Positions 1 to 12,148 of a DNA stretch of 60,179 nucleotides are shown piece by piece; position 1 is the first letter of the stretch, and each line of letters begins with the position of its first letter. The stretch is from Octopus bimaculoides. Its lineage: Eukaryota. The stretch spans positions 936,299 to 996,477 of the forward strand of contig NC_068986.1 of assembly GCF_001194135.2 (NCBI RefSeq). The letters run 5' to 3'. The notes under the pieces are model-generated. The model had not been told where the DNA came from. It saw only the letters and a program-made list of their open reading frames with translations, and did not search any database. The position numbers were made by a program, and so were the translations under genes.

Positions 1-129
1 AGAGCACACTACCAGAGCACACTACCAGAGCACACTACCAGAGCACACTACCAGAGCACACTACCAGAGCACACTACCAGAGCACACTACCAGAGCACAC
101 TACCAGAGCACACTACCAGAGCACACTAG
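1..129. repeat. 13-bp tandem minisatellite (AGAGCACACTACC)n, about 10 perfect copies, truncated by the window start
   Basis: Nine exact 13-nt units at 1-117 plus a partial unit; no spacers between units. Confidence 0.95.
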
Positions 130-268
130 CTGGCAGCTGGCAACTGGCAGTTAAGCTCTTTTTTTTCTTTTTTTTTTTGCATTTTTGGTTCTGAAAAGGG
201 TCAGTAATAACTGATCATGACAAGTATTTCCTGACACTAAAGAGAATGACTAGTCTCTGTGATGTTGA

Positions 269-316
<48 letters not shown>

Positions 317-347
317 TATCATCGTGGTGGTGATGACGACGACAACA

Positions 348-410
<63 letters not shown>

Positions 411-411
411 G
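269..411. repeat. (CAT)n tract followed by a (GAT/ATG)n tract (mutually reverse-complementary microsatellites)
   Basis: (CAT)n at about 269-323 and (ATG)n at about 348-411, with a short degenerate spacer. Confidence 0.9.
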
Positions 412-2479
412 TAGAGCTTCATGCATTTTGAAATAAATATAAATTTTAAACATTAAAATGTGATACACATGTGCAGTCATGTTTTTTTCATCAGCTATAA
501 TTGCAAGTCATTAAATCTCTATGGAAATAAGAATTGAAGAAGAATGAGCATGAGACAACACTTTGCTAAATGGATAAATATTGCCATTTGAACAATCGTT
601 AAGCATTGATGAAAACTTCTAGTTTAGTTTTGTGCTGCTGAGTTCACAATTTAAACACAATATCAGATCTGGAAATAATAACTTTAGCTGAGAAACTTCT
701 TAGCTGAGGTTACTAACTTCCAATATGACCAGCCACAGGTTTAGTTTGTACTAACGAATATAAGAGAGATGAGGGAAAGGAAACAGCATTCATGATATGA
801 GTGAAACCAAACTTTTCTGCCTTTTCAATGTGCTTGTTACAAGCAGCAGAATTAAGAAGCAGAATAAAAAAATATACCATTTTATCATTGTCTTGTAAAC
901 TTTTCCTGCAAAGAATTAGGACAATGTCATCTGACATGCTGCCTATTGTGCTTCACACTCTCTGCTAAAATCACTCTCTCTCTCTCTCTCTCTCTTACAC
1001 ACACACATAAATACATACTTGAATATAATGAAGAACATGCAGGCATACACACATATATACCAATTCTGGAATATATCCAGCAATACAAATTCTCATGGAT
1101 ATTAATCAACTCCACTTTGAAGTCAATGACTTTAAATCTTGGCTATTCACCGAGTGGAATATTTTCTATAAGACTTCACTTCTATGAACATTAATTTTAT
1201 ATGTCTGATGAAAAAAAAAAAAAAAAAAAGTTGCCATCAAACTTGGTTTCTACACATTTGTAGTTATTTCAGCAAGCATTCACTTCGCATTAAATCTAGG
1301 AAGGTTGTTTTTTGAAAGCCTGCCAATAAAAATAATTTATTTCTAGATGATTTTTACCCAACCAACCATATACAAAGTATATAATAACCTGTCTCGCTTT
1401 AAGAAAGGTAAGCATATCTGTTTCTCGATATAGCTTGTTATGACTTTATCATAGCATACATGAGAAGTACAATAGAGTGGTTTCCACTGTCTTCTGCCGG
1501 TCGGTATGAAAGCTAATATTTTTAAGAGAGCTTTGAAACGAATGCCTCTTAAGCACATCATCAGTGGAGATGAGCTGAAACAGCAAGTTAAAACTGGGAG
1601 CCAAAAGTGGATTCTGGGATGAGATCAATGAAAGACGCATACCAAGTGTTTACATTGTACTTCATAACATGTCAAAAGAAGAAGGAAACAAAAATATCAT
1701 ATATCAAAAAAACCATAACTGCTGCATTCTAATTTCTTCTTTTGTTATTGATATTGTATTCATTTCATATTACATATCAACTGTTGAATAATAAGCATAA
1801 GTCATTATAGATTTCCAGCAGACCAATCGATGAACAGCAGCACACTTGGTCATAGGTTTCTAATTGACCAATTGGTGAACAGCATCCCTCTTGGTTGCAA
1901 TTCCAATGGACCAATCCCGGGTTCACTGCATTTCTTTCTAATAGTGAGATTGACAAGGGAGTGTTTGTAACATGATGCTGAATAAATATGTCAAAAGATG
2001 TTGTTCATAACCCAATTTTTTTTTGTGTTTTTCTTCTAATATGTGTATTATTTATTGATATTCATTGGCAAAGATACACACGTGCACAAACGCACACACA
2101 TATGGAAGTCCATATGTGTGTGTGAAAATATATACATGCATATATCTATATGGAAAATCTTAATATATATATATATATATATACACATATATATATAATC
2201 GGTTTCCATATAGTTTGTATGTTATATTAATCACACAGCTATGTCTATACTCTATTTACATCCCTCCTGATGTTTTGTGTATCAAGTTTTCAACTAGTTG
2301 GCCTTTAATCTTCTTCAACAATACACACACACACACACACACAGATGCACTCACTCACACACAGATGCACTCACTCACACACATTGTGAGAAGCTGGAGA
2401 TTCTTGTATTGTTACTCAGGGTTTCACATTGCTAATTATTCCAATGATTGAAGGAAGCAACACAATAATATTTTTCTTT

Positions 2480-2710
2480 TTATTCTGTTACTTGTTTCAG
2501 TTACATGACTGCATCCATGTTGGAAGACTGCTTTAAAGGTTTTGTTTTTTAGTCGAAAAAATGGACTTCAGGACTTATTCTTTGTAAGCTTAGTTCTTAT
2601 TTTATCAGTCTCTTTTGCCGAACTGCTAAGTTATGGGGACGTAAACACACCAACATCGGTTGTTAAGCGATAGTGGGTGGGGACAACTACAGACAAATAG
2701 ACACACACAT
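2480..2710 (+). mobile_element. Interspersed SINE-type repeat, 'family C' (TTACTTGTTTCAGTCATTTGACTGC...GGGGACGTAAACACACCAAC)
   Basis: The same body recurs at about 33400-33620, 39065-39270 and 48075-48290; each copy ends at a CA/TA microsatellite. Confidence 0.75.
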
Positions 2711-2789
2711 AAATATACGTATATATATATATATATATATAGTTCAAAAACACAATAACAAAAAAACAAAAAAACAACAAAGTGAGGAC

Positions 2790-2950
2790 GTGATATGGAT
2801 AGTATTATTGGACGCTCAGGAAAGGAAAGAGAGAGTGTATGACGTTTCGGGCGTAGCCCTTCGTCGGAAAGATGGAAAGTTCGGAGAATGGAAGAACGGA
2901 GAAAGAGGAAAATGGTACCGATGCCCACGAGGTTACATGATGAAAAGGGT
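2790..2950 (-). mobile_element. Penelope-type tail fragment with a degenerate hammerhead motif
   Basis: Minus strand 2867-2841 reads CCGACGA-A-GGGC-UAC-GCCC-GAAAC-GUC: a hammerhead core with a U4C change and no stem I partner. Confidence 0.5.
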
Positions 2951-2964
2951 TAGATATATAAACA

Positions 2965-3125
2965 TGACAGGCTTTTTTCAGTTTCTATCTACCAAATCCG
3001 CCCACAAGATCCTGGTTGGCCTGAAGCTATAGTAGAAGCCTAAGGTGCCACGCAGTAGAACTGAACCTGGAACCAAGTGGCTGGGAAGCAAACTTCTTAC
3101 CACACAGCTACGTCTGTGCCTATAT
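2965..3125 (-). mobile_element. tRNA-head SINE, 'family A' (GTGGTAAGAAGTTTGCTTCCC...GGTTCAGTTCCAC...GGCACCTT)
   Basis: A/B-box-like head. Related copies lie at about 3335-3715, 11960-12110, 14500-14650, 14735-14890, 20215-20370, 22550-22790, 36000-36370, 48400-48570 and 59790-59935. Confidence 0.75.
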
Positions 3126-4596
3126 TTAAGTACAAGTATACATAAACACATTGAAATATGATTAGTCGTTCAGAACATAATTAGCGAGGATTCTAGTCCA
3201 TGTCGCTAATTAGTCCTAACCTTAGAGATTTGGGTATTTAGCAACTTCAGTCTTTGGATTGTTACAAGATTGAGAGTTTGTCTCTTAAATTTACCAGTGA
3301 TCTAGCAACTGCCTAAAAATCCATGAATAAAACCACAGATATGACTGTGTGATAAGATGTTTGCTTTCCAACTGCTTGGTTTCAAGTTCAGTCCCATTGT
3401 GTGGAACCTCGAGCAAGTGTCTTCTACTATAGCCTCAGACTAACCAAAGCCTTGTAAGTGTATTTGGTAGCCAGAAACTGAAAGAAGCCTGCCATATGTG
3501 TGTGCGTGTGTGTTTGCATTTCTCTTTGTCTCTACCACTGCATGATAACCAGTGTTGGTTTGTTTACATCCCTGTTATTTAGCAGTTCAGCAAATGAGAC
3601 CAATAGTATAAGTACCAGTCTTTAAAAAAATAAGTACTGGGGCTGATTAGTTTGATGAAACCCGTCGAGGTAGTGCTCCAGCATGGTTGCTGTCCAATGA
3701 CTGAAACAAATAAAAGGTAGCAGGTAAAATAAAAGAAGAAACAAAGAAACAAAGAAAGGAAACAGGAGGAAGTTGCCTAAACTTATAGTGTTTATTGTCT
3801 ATTGGTGATCAATGAAAACAGCTTCAATTATATGGAACTTCAACAGGGGACACATTCATGCAAGGGACCAGAGAATGCCAACTGCTCTCACTTATACTAC
3901 ATCTTCTGTGCACTTAAAACTATGCAAGTGGTAATATTTCATTGTTATACTTTGATGCAATTACTTTGACCATCACAACAAGAGGTTTGTCATCTGAGAC
4001 TCCAAGAAGTTTTAGTCACCTGTAATCAATGAAAGTTTTGACTGACTACAGCAAGGAATACAGTCATATGGTGGCAGGTGGTGGGGAGGACAGAGAAGTA
4101 TGATTGCTTCCCCCAATACAACACCTTTTGTGTGCTTGAAACTACAGAGATGGTGGTATTTCATTGTCATAAATGTTTAGAAACCCCAACAGTCGCAAGA
4201 AGACAATTTCACCTTTAGCTGAAAGAATGTCAGTCGTATACCATGCAGCTTTACTTACAGAACAAGATTAAGTTCATACCAAAACCTTCACTATAGACTA
4301 GATATCTCAGCAATCGTTACGTTTTCTGTGTCAAATCTGAAGTCTTATCACTAGCAATGCTCTATTTAAAACTAATTAATATATTTATTCCACATCAAGT
4401 TAACATATGCTGAAAACATAAGTCCACAAAGAAGATTCTGTGTGGTCATTCAATCTGAAAAAAGTAGCAACCAAATTTCCCTCATAACACGTAACCAAAT
4501 CGGCCTCACATCACATTCTATTGTCTTTCAATATGTCATAGTGGATAGTGAAGTCCTGGATGCAGTTTTTGATAGAAAAATGGGATGGTGGTATCT

Positions 4597-4826
4597 GGCG
4601 GCGAGCTGGCAGAATGGTTAGCACGCCGGGCGAAATGCTTAACGGTATTTCGTCTGCCACTGCGTTCTGAGCTCAAATTCCGCCGAGGTCGACTTTGCCT
4701 TTCATCCTTTCGGGGTCGATAAATTAAGTACCAGTTACGCACTGGGTCGATATAATCGACTTAATTCCTTTGTCTGTCCTTGTTTGTCCCCTCTATGTTT
4801 AGCCCCTTGTGGGCAGTAAAGAAATA
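4597..4826 (+). mobile_element. Young full-length tRNA-head SINE, 'family B', with target-site duplication
   Basis: Begins GGCGGCGAGCTGGCAGAA with B-box-like GAGCTCAAATTCC; flanked by the direct repeat GGTATCT (4590-4596 and 4827-4833); keeps CpGs in a CpG-poor neighbourhood. Older copies at about 8135, 9870, 11330, 12410, 19990(-), 21330, 26380, 43200(-) and 56510. Confidence 0.85.
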
Positions 4827-5191
4827 GGTATCTGGAATGCCTCTGTTCAAAGGTCTACTCAATAAATGCTGAGTTTGGGTTTAACAACAACAACAATATG
4901 AGCCAACAAGAGAGCCTATATGTGGTTAATCAACCTCCTAGAAACAGTAGCCAACTTCCTCAAATTACATTCAACTGTCTTAAAAAAAGAAGATACATAG
5001 GACAATAAAGTCCTTGATGTGTAATTGACAAAATGGTTATGGATACAATGCCTTTGGTCAATGCCAGAGTCTCTAAGAAAAGGTTTTATTGTCCACTAGA
5101 TAGATATCAACCTATGCACACAGATACTTACACATGCAAACACACATATACACACTAACTTTTATACAAAGATACATACATGTCCAGACAT

Positions 5192-5237
<46 letters not shown>

Positions 5238-6809
5238 TCAAATACTTACATGTTTACAAAAGCAGCAAGTAAAATAACTAATCCTTTTTAAGAAATGTTG
5301 ACACACATGATGTCCTAGTGTCAAGCAAACACAATACTACAGAAAATATATTTTTGTAGATAAAAATGAAAAACTAATCAAGATAGTGTTTAAGATTGAA
5401 ATCAATTAGCTCCAAGTCTGGTGTACTTTTGAAAGAAATAATTTTGCCTAGTCGTAATTACTGTCCTACATTTAACCACATTATATTTATTGTGTTTATA
5501 TTGAAAATTGTAAACAATTACGTTTCCAACGGGCTGATCATTAGGTCACTGTATTTCCAGTGGCAAAAGTGATAAAGGAGTGTCTGTAACTTAATATGTG
5601 TATCAAGGAATATTGTTCCTGGAGATATGTTTGTTTGTTTGTTTGTTTGTTATATTTTTATTGCTTCCTTGATAGTGTTTATATATTAGCAAAAGACATG
5701 CACATACATGTTCCATCATCATCATCATCATCATCACCATCACCATCACCATCATTTTATATCTGCCTTTCATGCTAGTTTAGGTCGGATGGTTTAACAA
5801 GGTCCAATGGGCCAGAGGGCTGCATTGACCTGCAATGTCTATTTTGGCATGGTTTCAGTGGCTGGTTGTCCTTCCTAACGCTAACACTTTACAAAGGACA
5901 CTGGCTGAACTTCTTTGTGGTACTAGCACCGATGAGTTCACCAAGTAACAAGTAAAACAAGGTCCCTTGACTGAATGATGTATAGTAGAAAGGGAGGTAG
6001 CTTTATGTCAAGTGTTGAGGGGCTAAAGTATGATAGGCAGACTGGAACTGGTGTCTCGTTGGAGAGAAGATACACAGCCGTCCAAGCTTGAAAGAGAGAA
6101 AAGAGATCATTGTCACAAGGTGCCACAGCATACTCTCAACGTACAAGAAAGTGAACATGAGAAAGAATAGGGATAGGGGAGATGGGTGAGTTCAAGTGAG
6201 TGTAAAAAGAGATTGACAAGTAGCTATATATATAATCAGTAGTTAAGGCTATGTCCAGTCACAGAGTAACAAATGATTTCACATCCAAAAAGGGCTTAGC
6301 CCCATGAATGTCATATCAGACTCTAAAGTCAAAGAGAAAAATGTCTTTGGCTTTAAAGTCTGATGAGATATTCACAGGGCATAGCCCTTTGTAGATGTGA
6401 AACCATTGGTCATTCTATGACCGGACATACACTCAACTACTTATAAATACATTAATGCTCTATGCTTTAGAGTGTGCTTCTTTTGCCAATATATGACACA
6501 TTGATGATATATCTATCTATCTATCTATATATATACACACACACACATACATACCACCTTGCCTACCTTAGGCACTCTACTCTTGATGGAGATGTAGTAT
6601 ACTATAGTAGCAAATGAAATACATCTTGGACATTGTAAATCTGATGGAGTCAATCCCACTTCAGACCTGACCACAAACAATTTCTTCCAGAAAAAAAGAA
6701 AGGGAGGAGAGAAAAGAATAAATCCCAGTACTGGACATTATCAACCTGATAGAATGGAAGATAAAGTTAACTGTCGTAGGATTTGAACTTGGAATGCTGT
6801 GAGTTTCAA

Positions 6810-6985
6810 TGAACACTACCACCACACTCTGTTAAGTGGTTAGCATCAGGAAGGGCATCCAGCCATAGAAACCATGCCACAACAGACAGCTGGAATGAAC
6901 AGCTCCCAGCTAACCGGCCCCATGTCAAACTGTTAAAGCCATACCAGCATGGAGACTGGATGTTAAACGATGATGATGATGATGG
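6810..6985 (+). mobile_element. RTE-tail-type interspersed repeat ending in (GAT)n
   Basis: Contains GGTTAGCATCAGGAAGGGCATCCAGC and CCAGCATGGAGACTGGATGTTAAACGATGATGATG; the reverse complement occurs at 8572-8790, 14280-14400, 37925-38440 and 59977-60179. Confidence 0.7.
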
Positions 6986-7310
6986 CATGTATATGCATGT
7001 ATGTATGTATGTATGTATGTACGTATGTATGTACATATATATGTATGTATAGTTATGTATGTGTGTGTGCGCATGTCTAAACTCGCTTGTAAGCAAGCAT
7101 CACTGTCATGTAAGCAGTGTTCTTTGTTTCCAATCTTCTGTGAAAGCATGTCTGGCAGTGGGGGGGGGGGGGAATATTACTTTGCTTGGAAACAGATATG
7201 GACAGGCAAGAAGAAAGGCATCTGGCCATAGAGAATCTGCCTCAACAATTCCACCTCACCCAAGCAAACATGGAAAAGTAGATGTTAAATGGTGATGGAG
7301 ATGGAGATGG

Positions 7311-7363
<53 letters not shown>

Positions 7364-8571
7364 GTGGTGGTACATGTGTTCACAAAAATCAATGGCATGA
7401 CTCATGCATTGAAGAAAACAGTGAAAACTTATCTACATGAATTAAAGTGAATTTTGCATGTCACATGTGATGCAACCAGATAACATGGTGGAGGTGACAG
7501 GTAGGAAAACAACATGAACTTGCAACCTTGTAGAAACAGATATACAGCAATTGACTTATCATTCAGTTTGATGTATCTTTTTATTCAAGACAATAGAAAA
7601 TTTTTCTTTTCTGCAGTGTTGGTCTAATCTGGGTTTTTGGGTTATTGTTGAAAAAAAAGCAAAGAGAAGGTTTACTAAAAGAGGAGAATCAACATGCATC
7701 AGTCTGTCTTATTATAGCCAAAATGGCTGAAAGAAAACCCAGTTTTTTTGTTGGTCTGAATGCATCCAGTGAAAAACGAAAACTTCACCTGGCTGCACAG
7801 AGACCTTGAGATTGCTATGCGTCCAAATCTGACAGCAGATAAAACATAATTTGTTGTTCAATTGGTGCTCTAGTCTTAATTATGTTATCTCTGTTATGCT
7901 AATAACTATGTATGACTAGACACTGTTTTGCATTTTAATAAAGAGTCTTTTGTTACTTACACTCAGCATTTTGAGAAGGAAACATAAGTGGTTCCTGATC
8001 AACTGTTAAGTAACAAGGAAATTGATTGGGTTGATCCTTATTCAAACCTGCTGTAATAGCTAGTCACCACAAAGCCCAATTTCACAGCAAGACTAAATAC
8101 ATACAAATAGCAGTGTTTATATTTATCCAATAATAAATGCTGGCAGAATCATTGGCATGCTGGGCAAAATTCTTAGTAATATTTCATGTTTTTATGTTTA
8201 GGGTTCAAATGTCGCTGAGATCAATTTTGCTTTTCATCCTTCTGGAGTCAATAGAATAAGTAGCAGTTGAGCACTGAGGTCAATTCAGTCAATTCAACCC
8301 CTACCCTGAAATGCCAGGCCTCGTGCCAAAATTTGAAATCAATAATACATGCTGTATTAATACTCCAGTAACCATCTCTGTTATGACCATAAGGTATAAA
8401 TTTTTTAGCATTTAATATTCAGTTTGGAGATGGCTGGTAGATTTTAGGTTGAGATTTGACTATTAAGTTTAGCCTGCCAAGCCACTATTTCACATTGTGG
8501 TCACTACAAGAGGTTTCAATCATAGACAAGCAGGTTAGTAATCAAATAAGAGATACAGGCTGCATAAACAT

Positions 8572-9820
8572 CATCATCATCATCATCATCATCGTTTAAC
8601 GTCCGCCTTCCATGCTAGCATGGGTTGGACAATTTGACTGAGGACTGGTGAAACCGGATGGCAACACCAGGCTCCAATCTAATTTGGCAGAGTTTCTACA
8701 GCTGGATGCCCTTCCTAACGCCAACCACTCAGAGAGTGTAGTGGGTACTTTTACGTGTCACCCGCACGAAAACGGCCACGCTCGAAATGGTGTCTTTTAT
8801 GTGCCACCTGCACAAGAGCCAGTCCATGGGCACTGGCAAAGATCTCGCACGAAAGATATCATGTGTCGCCCGCACATGAGCCAGTCCGGGGGCACTAGCA
8901 ACNNNNNNNNNNNNNNNNNNNNNNNNNNNNNNNNNNNNNNNNNNNNNNNNNNNNNNNNNNNNNNNNNNNNNNNNNNNNNNNNNNNNNNNNNNNNNNNNNN
9001 NNNNNNNNNNNNNNNNNNNNNNNNNNNNNNNNNNNNNNNNNNNNNNNNNNNNNNNNNNNNNNNNNNNNNNNNNNNNNNNNNNNNNNNNNNNNNNNNNNNN
9101 NNNNNNNNNNNNNNNNNNNNNNNNNNNNNNNNNNNNNNNNNNNNNNNNNNNNNNNNNNNNNNNNNNNNNNNNNNNNNNNNNNNNNNNNNNNNNNNNNNNN
9201 NNNNNNNNNNNNNNNNNNNNNNNNNNNNNNNNNNNNNNNNNNNNNNNNNNNNNNNNNNNNNNNNNNNNNNNNNNNNNNNNNNNNNNNNNNNNNNNNNNNN
9301 NNNNNNNNNNNNNNNNNNNNNNNNNNNNNNNNNNNNNNNNNNNNNNNNNNNNNNNNNNNNNNNNNNNNNNNNNNNNNNNNNNNNNNNNNNNNNNNNNNNN
9401 NNNNNNNNNNNNNNNNNNNNNNNNNNNNNNNNNNNNNNNNNNNNNNNNNNNNNNNNNNNNNNNNNNNNNNNNNNNNNNNNNNNNNATCCCGCTCGAAAGA
9501 TATCATGTGTCGCCCGCACATGAGCCAGTCCGGGGGCACTGGCAAACGATCCCGCTCGAAAGATATCATGTGTCACCCGCACACGAGCCAGTCCGGGGGC
9601 ACTGGCAAACGATCCCGCTCGAAAGATATCATGTGTCGCCCGCACATGAGCCAGTCCGGGGGCACTAGCAACGATCCCACTCAAAAGATTTCATGTGTCG
9701 CCCGTACATGAGCCAGTCCGGGGGGCACTGGCAAACGATCCCGCTCGAAACATTTCATGTGTCACCCACACAAGAGCCAGTCCAGGGGCACTGGCAACGA
9801 TCCCGCTCGAAAGATTTCAT
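8572..9820 (-). mobile_element. Young RTE-tail-type SINE/LINE remnant containing an internal 63-bp tandem array (array partly in an N gap)
   Basis: 8591-8786 is about 97% identical to 59984-60179 (5 mismatches by eye). The unit ATCCCGCTCGAAAGATATCATGTGTCGCCCGCACATGAGCCAGTCCGGGGGCACTGGCAAACG starts at 9486, 9549, 9612 and 9674; gap 8903-9485. Confidence 0.8.
8903..9485. other. Assembly gap (others: 10239-10248, 16884-17166, 17877-18496, 32290-32604, 48319-48379)
   Basis: Runs of N, mostly flanked by (TA)n or tandem repeats. Confidence 0.99.
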
Positions 9821-10030
9821 GTACATATGATTTAATATAACATAAACTTTTACTGTTTTATTACCAGGGCAGTGCATTGCTTTTACATTCTGAGTTCAAA
9901 TCCTGCTGAGGTTACCTTCACTTTTCATCTTTCTGGAGTTTGATACAGTTTAAGTGCTGAGGAGGGGGGGGTTGCCTAAATACATTACACACCTTCCTCC
10001 AAATGTGAGACCTTGTGACTATGTGAGACA

Positions 10031-10810
10031 GCAATATTTTACCATATAAGAGAACTATTAACCTCTACTTCTGACTCCAAGAAAACTAACATTGGAGTTT
10101 CTGCCCACTGTATCTTGAGAAACAGTCGCAAGAGAGGTAAGCCCTGTTCATTGTGCAACAACATGAGTGAAGTGAATTCCATCAGGAATCATAACAGAAA
10201 TCTTATGATTTACACGGAAGGTGGGATGTGTAGAGATTNNNNNNNNNNCCAGTCCTCAGTCAAATCGTCCAACCCATGCTAGCATGGAAAGCGGACGTTA
10301 AACGATGATGATGATGATTCATTGGGCACAGATATGACATCAGACACAATAACAGTAGTTCAACAGAACGTGCTGAACATTTTGCATCAAACGGCTGCAA
10401 TTTCGAAAACGACTTGAAAGTGCATATTCTCAGAAAATATTTTGAATCTGTTACACTTTCAGTACTCAAAATGCATGAAGAGAAATATGTTTGTGCATTA
10501 TTAACATCATACCCTGGAGGAATGAATAAAACGACAGGAGAATTCCATCATATTTGCACAAAACTGTTTGATTAAATATTCTTCTTTTGCATTTTCTTTT
10601 TACTTTCCGTTTCTTTTGTTCTTTCTTTCTCTTTTTGCCAGTTGTAAACCTGAAAATTGAAGACTGATGATGTCATTCCATCAACATGGAGATGATGGTT
10701 GTCCTCGTTCATATTTTGGATTTCAATTTCTATAATTTTGAATTTTTATGTATCACTTTTCATTTTGAACTCGACAAAGACAGGCTAGCTGTTGAAATAT
10801 TTATTGCAAT
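10031..10810 (+). mobile_element. Penelope-like retroelement 3' remnant (Cys-rich linker plus C-terminal half of the GIY-YIG-type endonuclease), split by a SINE insertion and a gap
   Basis: 10046-10237 translates IRELLTSTSDSKKTNIGVSAHCILRNSRKRGKPCSLCNNMSEVNSIRNHNRNLMIYTEGGMCRD. 10318-10575 translates FIGHRYDIRHNNSSSTERAEHFASNGCNFENDLKVHILRKYFESVTLSVLKMHEEKYVCALLTSYPGGMNKTTGEFHHICTKLFD*, matching the recalled Penelope EN pattern H..DI...A.HF...DL.V.IL...E...I..L.T..P.GMN. Absent from the ORF track. Confidence 0.7.
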
Positions 10811-10908
10811 TGCATCATGCTATTTGTATATAGTCCATTTACCGTTGTAAAGAGATATGTCAATCCTTTTAAAATATTAGATAGACAAGATTATTATCAT
10901 TATTATTA

Positions 10909-10952
<44 letters not shown>

Positions 10953-11240
10953 GAGTGATAGAGCAACTACATGCTGAGGAAAAAATGTATGAAGCCCAAT
11001 ATACCCATCATACTCGTCTGATAAAGGGACACCAGGCACTTGCATCACAACCATAAGTGCACAATATGGTAACCTCATATCAAGATAAATGGTGCATGAC
11101 CTTGCAGGTGGGGCTCCATTAGAATTTTTTTCAGCTCAAGTAGCCCATCCCAGGGCATGTCACCAAAGTGACACTGGGGTAAAATATATGAAGCCCATTA
11201 TACCCATCATGACTACCCGTCTGATAAGGGTACATCAGGC
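10953..11240. repeat. Unclassified repeat with ~50-bp internal direct repeats, bracketed by (ATT)n tracts
   Basis: ATGAAGCCCA(A/T)TATACCCATCAT...CGTCTGATAA(A)GGG(T)ACA(C/T)CAGGC at 10989-11038 and 11188-11240. Confidence 0.65.
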
Positions 11241-11307
<67 letters not shown>

Positions 11308-12117
11308 TTGACAAAATTGTTGGAGTGTTAAACAAATTGTTTTGTGGTATTTCCTCAAGCCTTTTATGTTCAGAGTTCAAATCTCACCTAAGTCAACTTT
11401 GTATTTTATCCCTCCAGGGTCAATAAAATAAAGTACCTGTAAACTAATGGTGTTAATCTAATTTACTAAATCCTGCTTCAACACTGTTGGCCATTGGCAG
11501 AATCATTAGAGAACTGGAAAAAAAGAATTTGAGGTATTTGTTCTGATTCAGTACATTTTGAGTTCAAATCTGGCCTAAATCAACATTGTCTTTAATTCTT
11601 TCGGTGGTGGGGATTGATAAAATATATCACTTGTCAAATAATGGGGTATTTAAGCATTTTTCAACATGAATAATAAGGTAGAGATAAAATATTAGCCATA
11701 TTGAGATAAGAAAGAATTGTGATAAGGAAAAGCAGCAGCAGCAGTAAGCCACTCCATACTCCTGTCCCCAAAACCACTCCCATTCTCAAAAGATTATATT
11801 TCAATCAAACAGCCTCTGCATTGTCACTTGACTTGCTAGAAATAGTAGCAAAATCTCCCCTAAATCACATCTTGTCCTTTAAAAAACAGAAGGACACATT
11901 GAATTCAATGTGGTCTTCACTACCTTACAATATGTAAAAAAATAAAAATAAAACAAAAGCAGGCACAGCAGTGTGGTTAAGAAACTTGCTTCCCAACCAT
12001 GTGGACTTGGGTTCAGTCCCACTTCATGGCACTTTGGGAAAATGTCTTTTACTATGGCTCAGGTCATTTGTGAGTGGATTTTGTAGATGGAAACTGAAAA
12101 GAAGCTCATTAGCTCAT

Positions 12118-12148
<31 letters not shown>

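Noticed and set aside
1-129. Possible CRISPR array
   Set aside because: Contiguous 13-bp units without spacers, eukaryotic context, no cas genes.
237-431. Poly-His/Asp and poly-Ile/Met ORFs
   Set aside because: They are translations of the (CAT)n/(ATG)n microsatellites; the same applies to the many YIYI, HTHT and poly-N/I/L ORFs elsewhere.
713-937. ORF with KFGFTHIMNA, reminiscent of the dual-specificity phosphatase motif GITHILN
   Set aside because: The match is short, there is no convincing donor site, and no catalytic-motif exon is visible.
1820-1920. Cluster of CCAAT-like words (GACCAAT x3)
   Set aside because: Looks like a decayed ~45-bp local duplication in CpG-poor DNA with no nearby gene start.
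9505-9711. ORF with 21-aa repeats (MCRPHMSQSGGTGKRSRSKDI)
   Set aside because: A by-product of the 63-bp (multiple of 3) tandem unit; no gene context.
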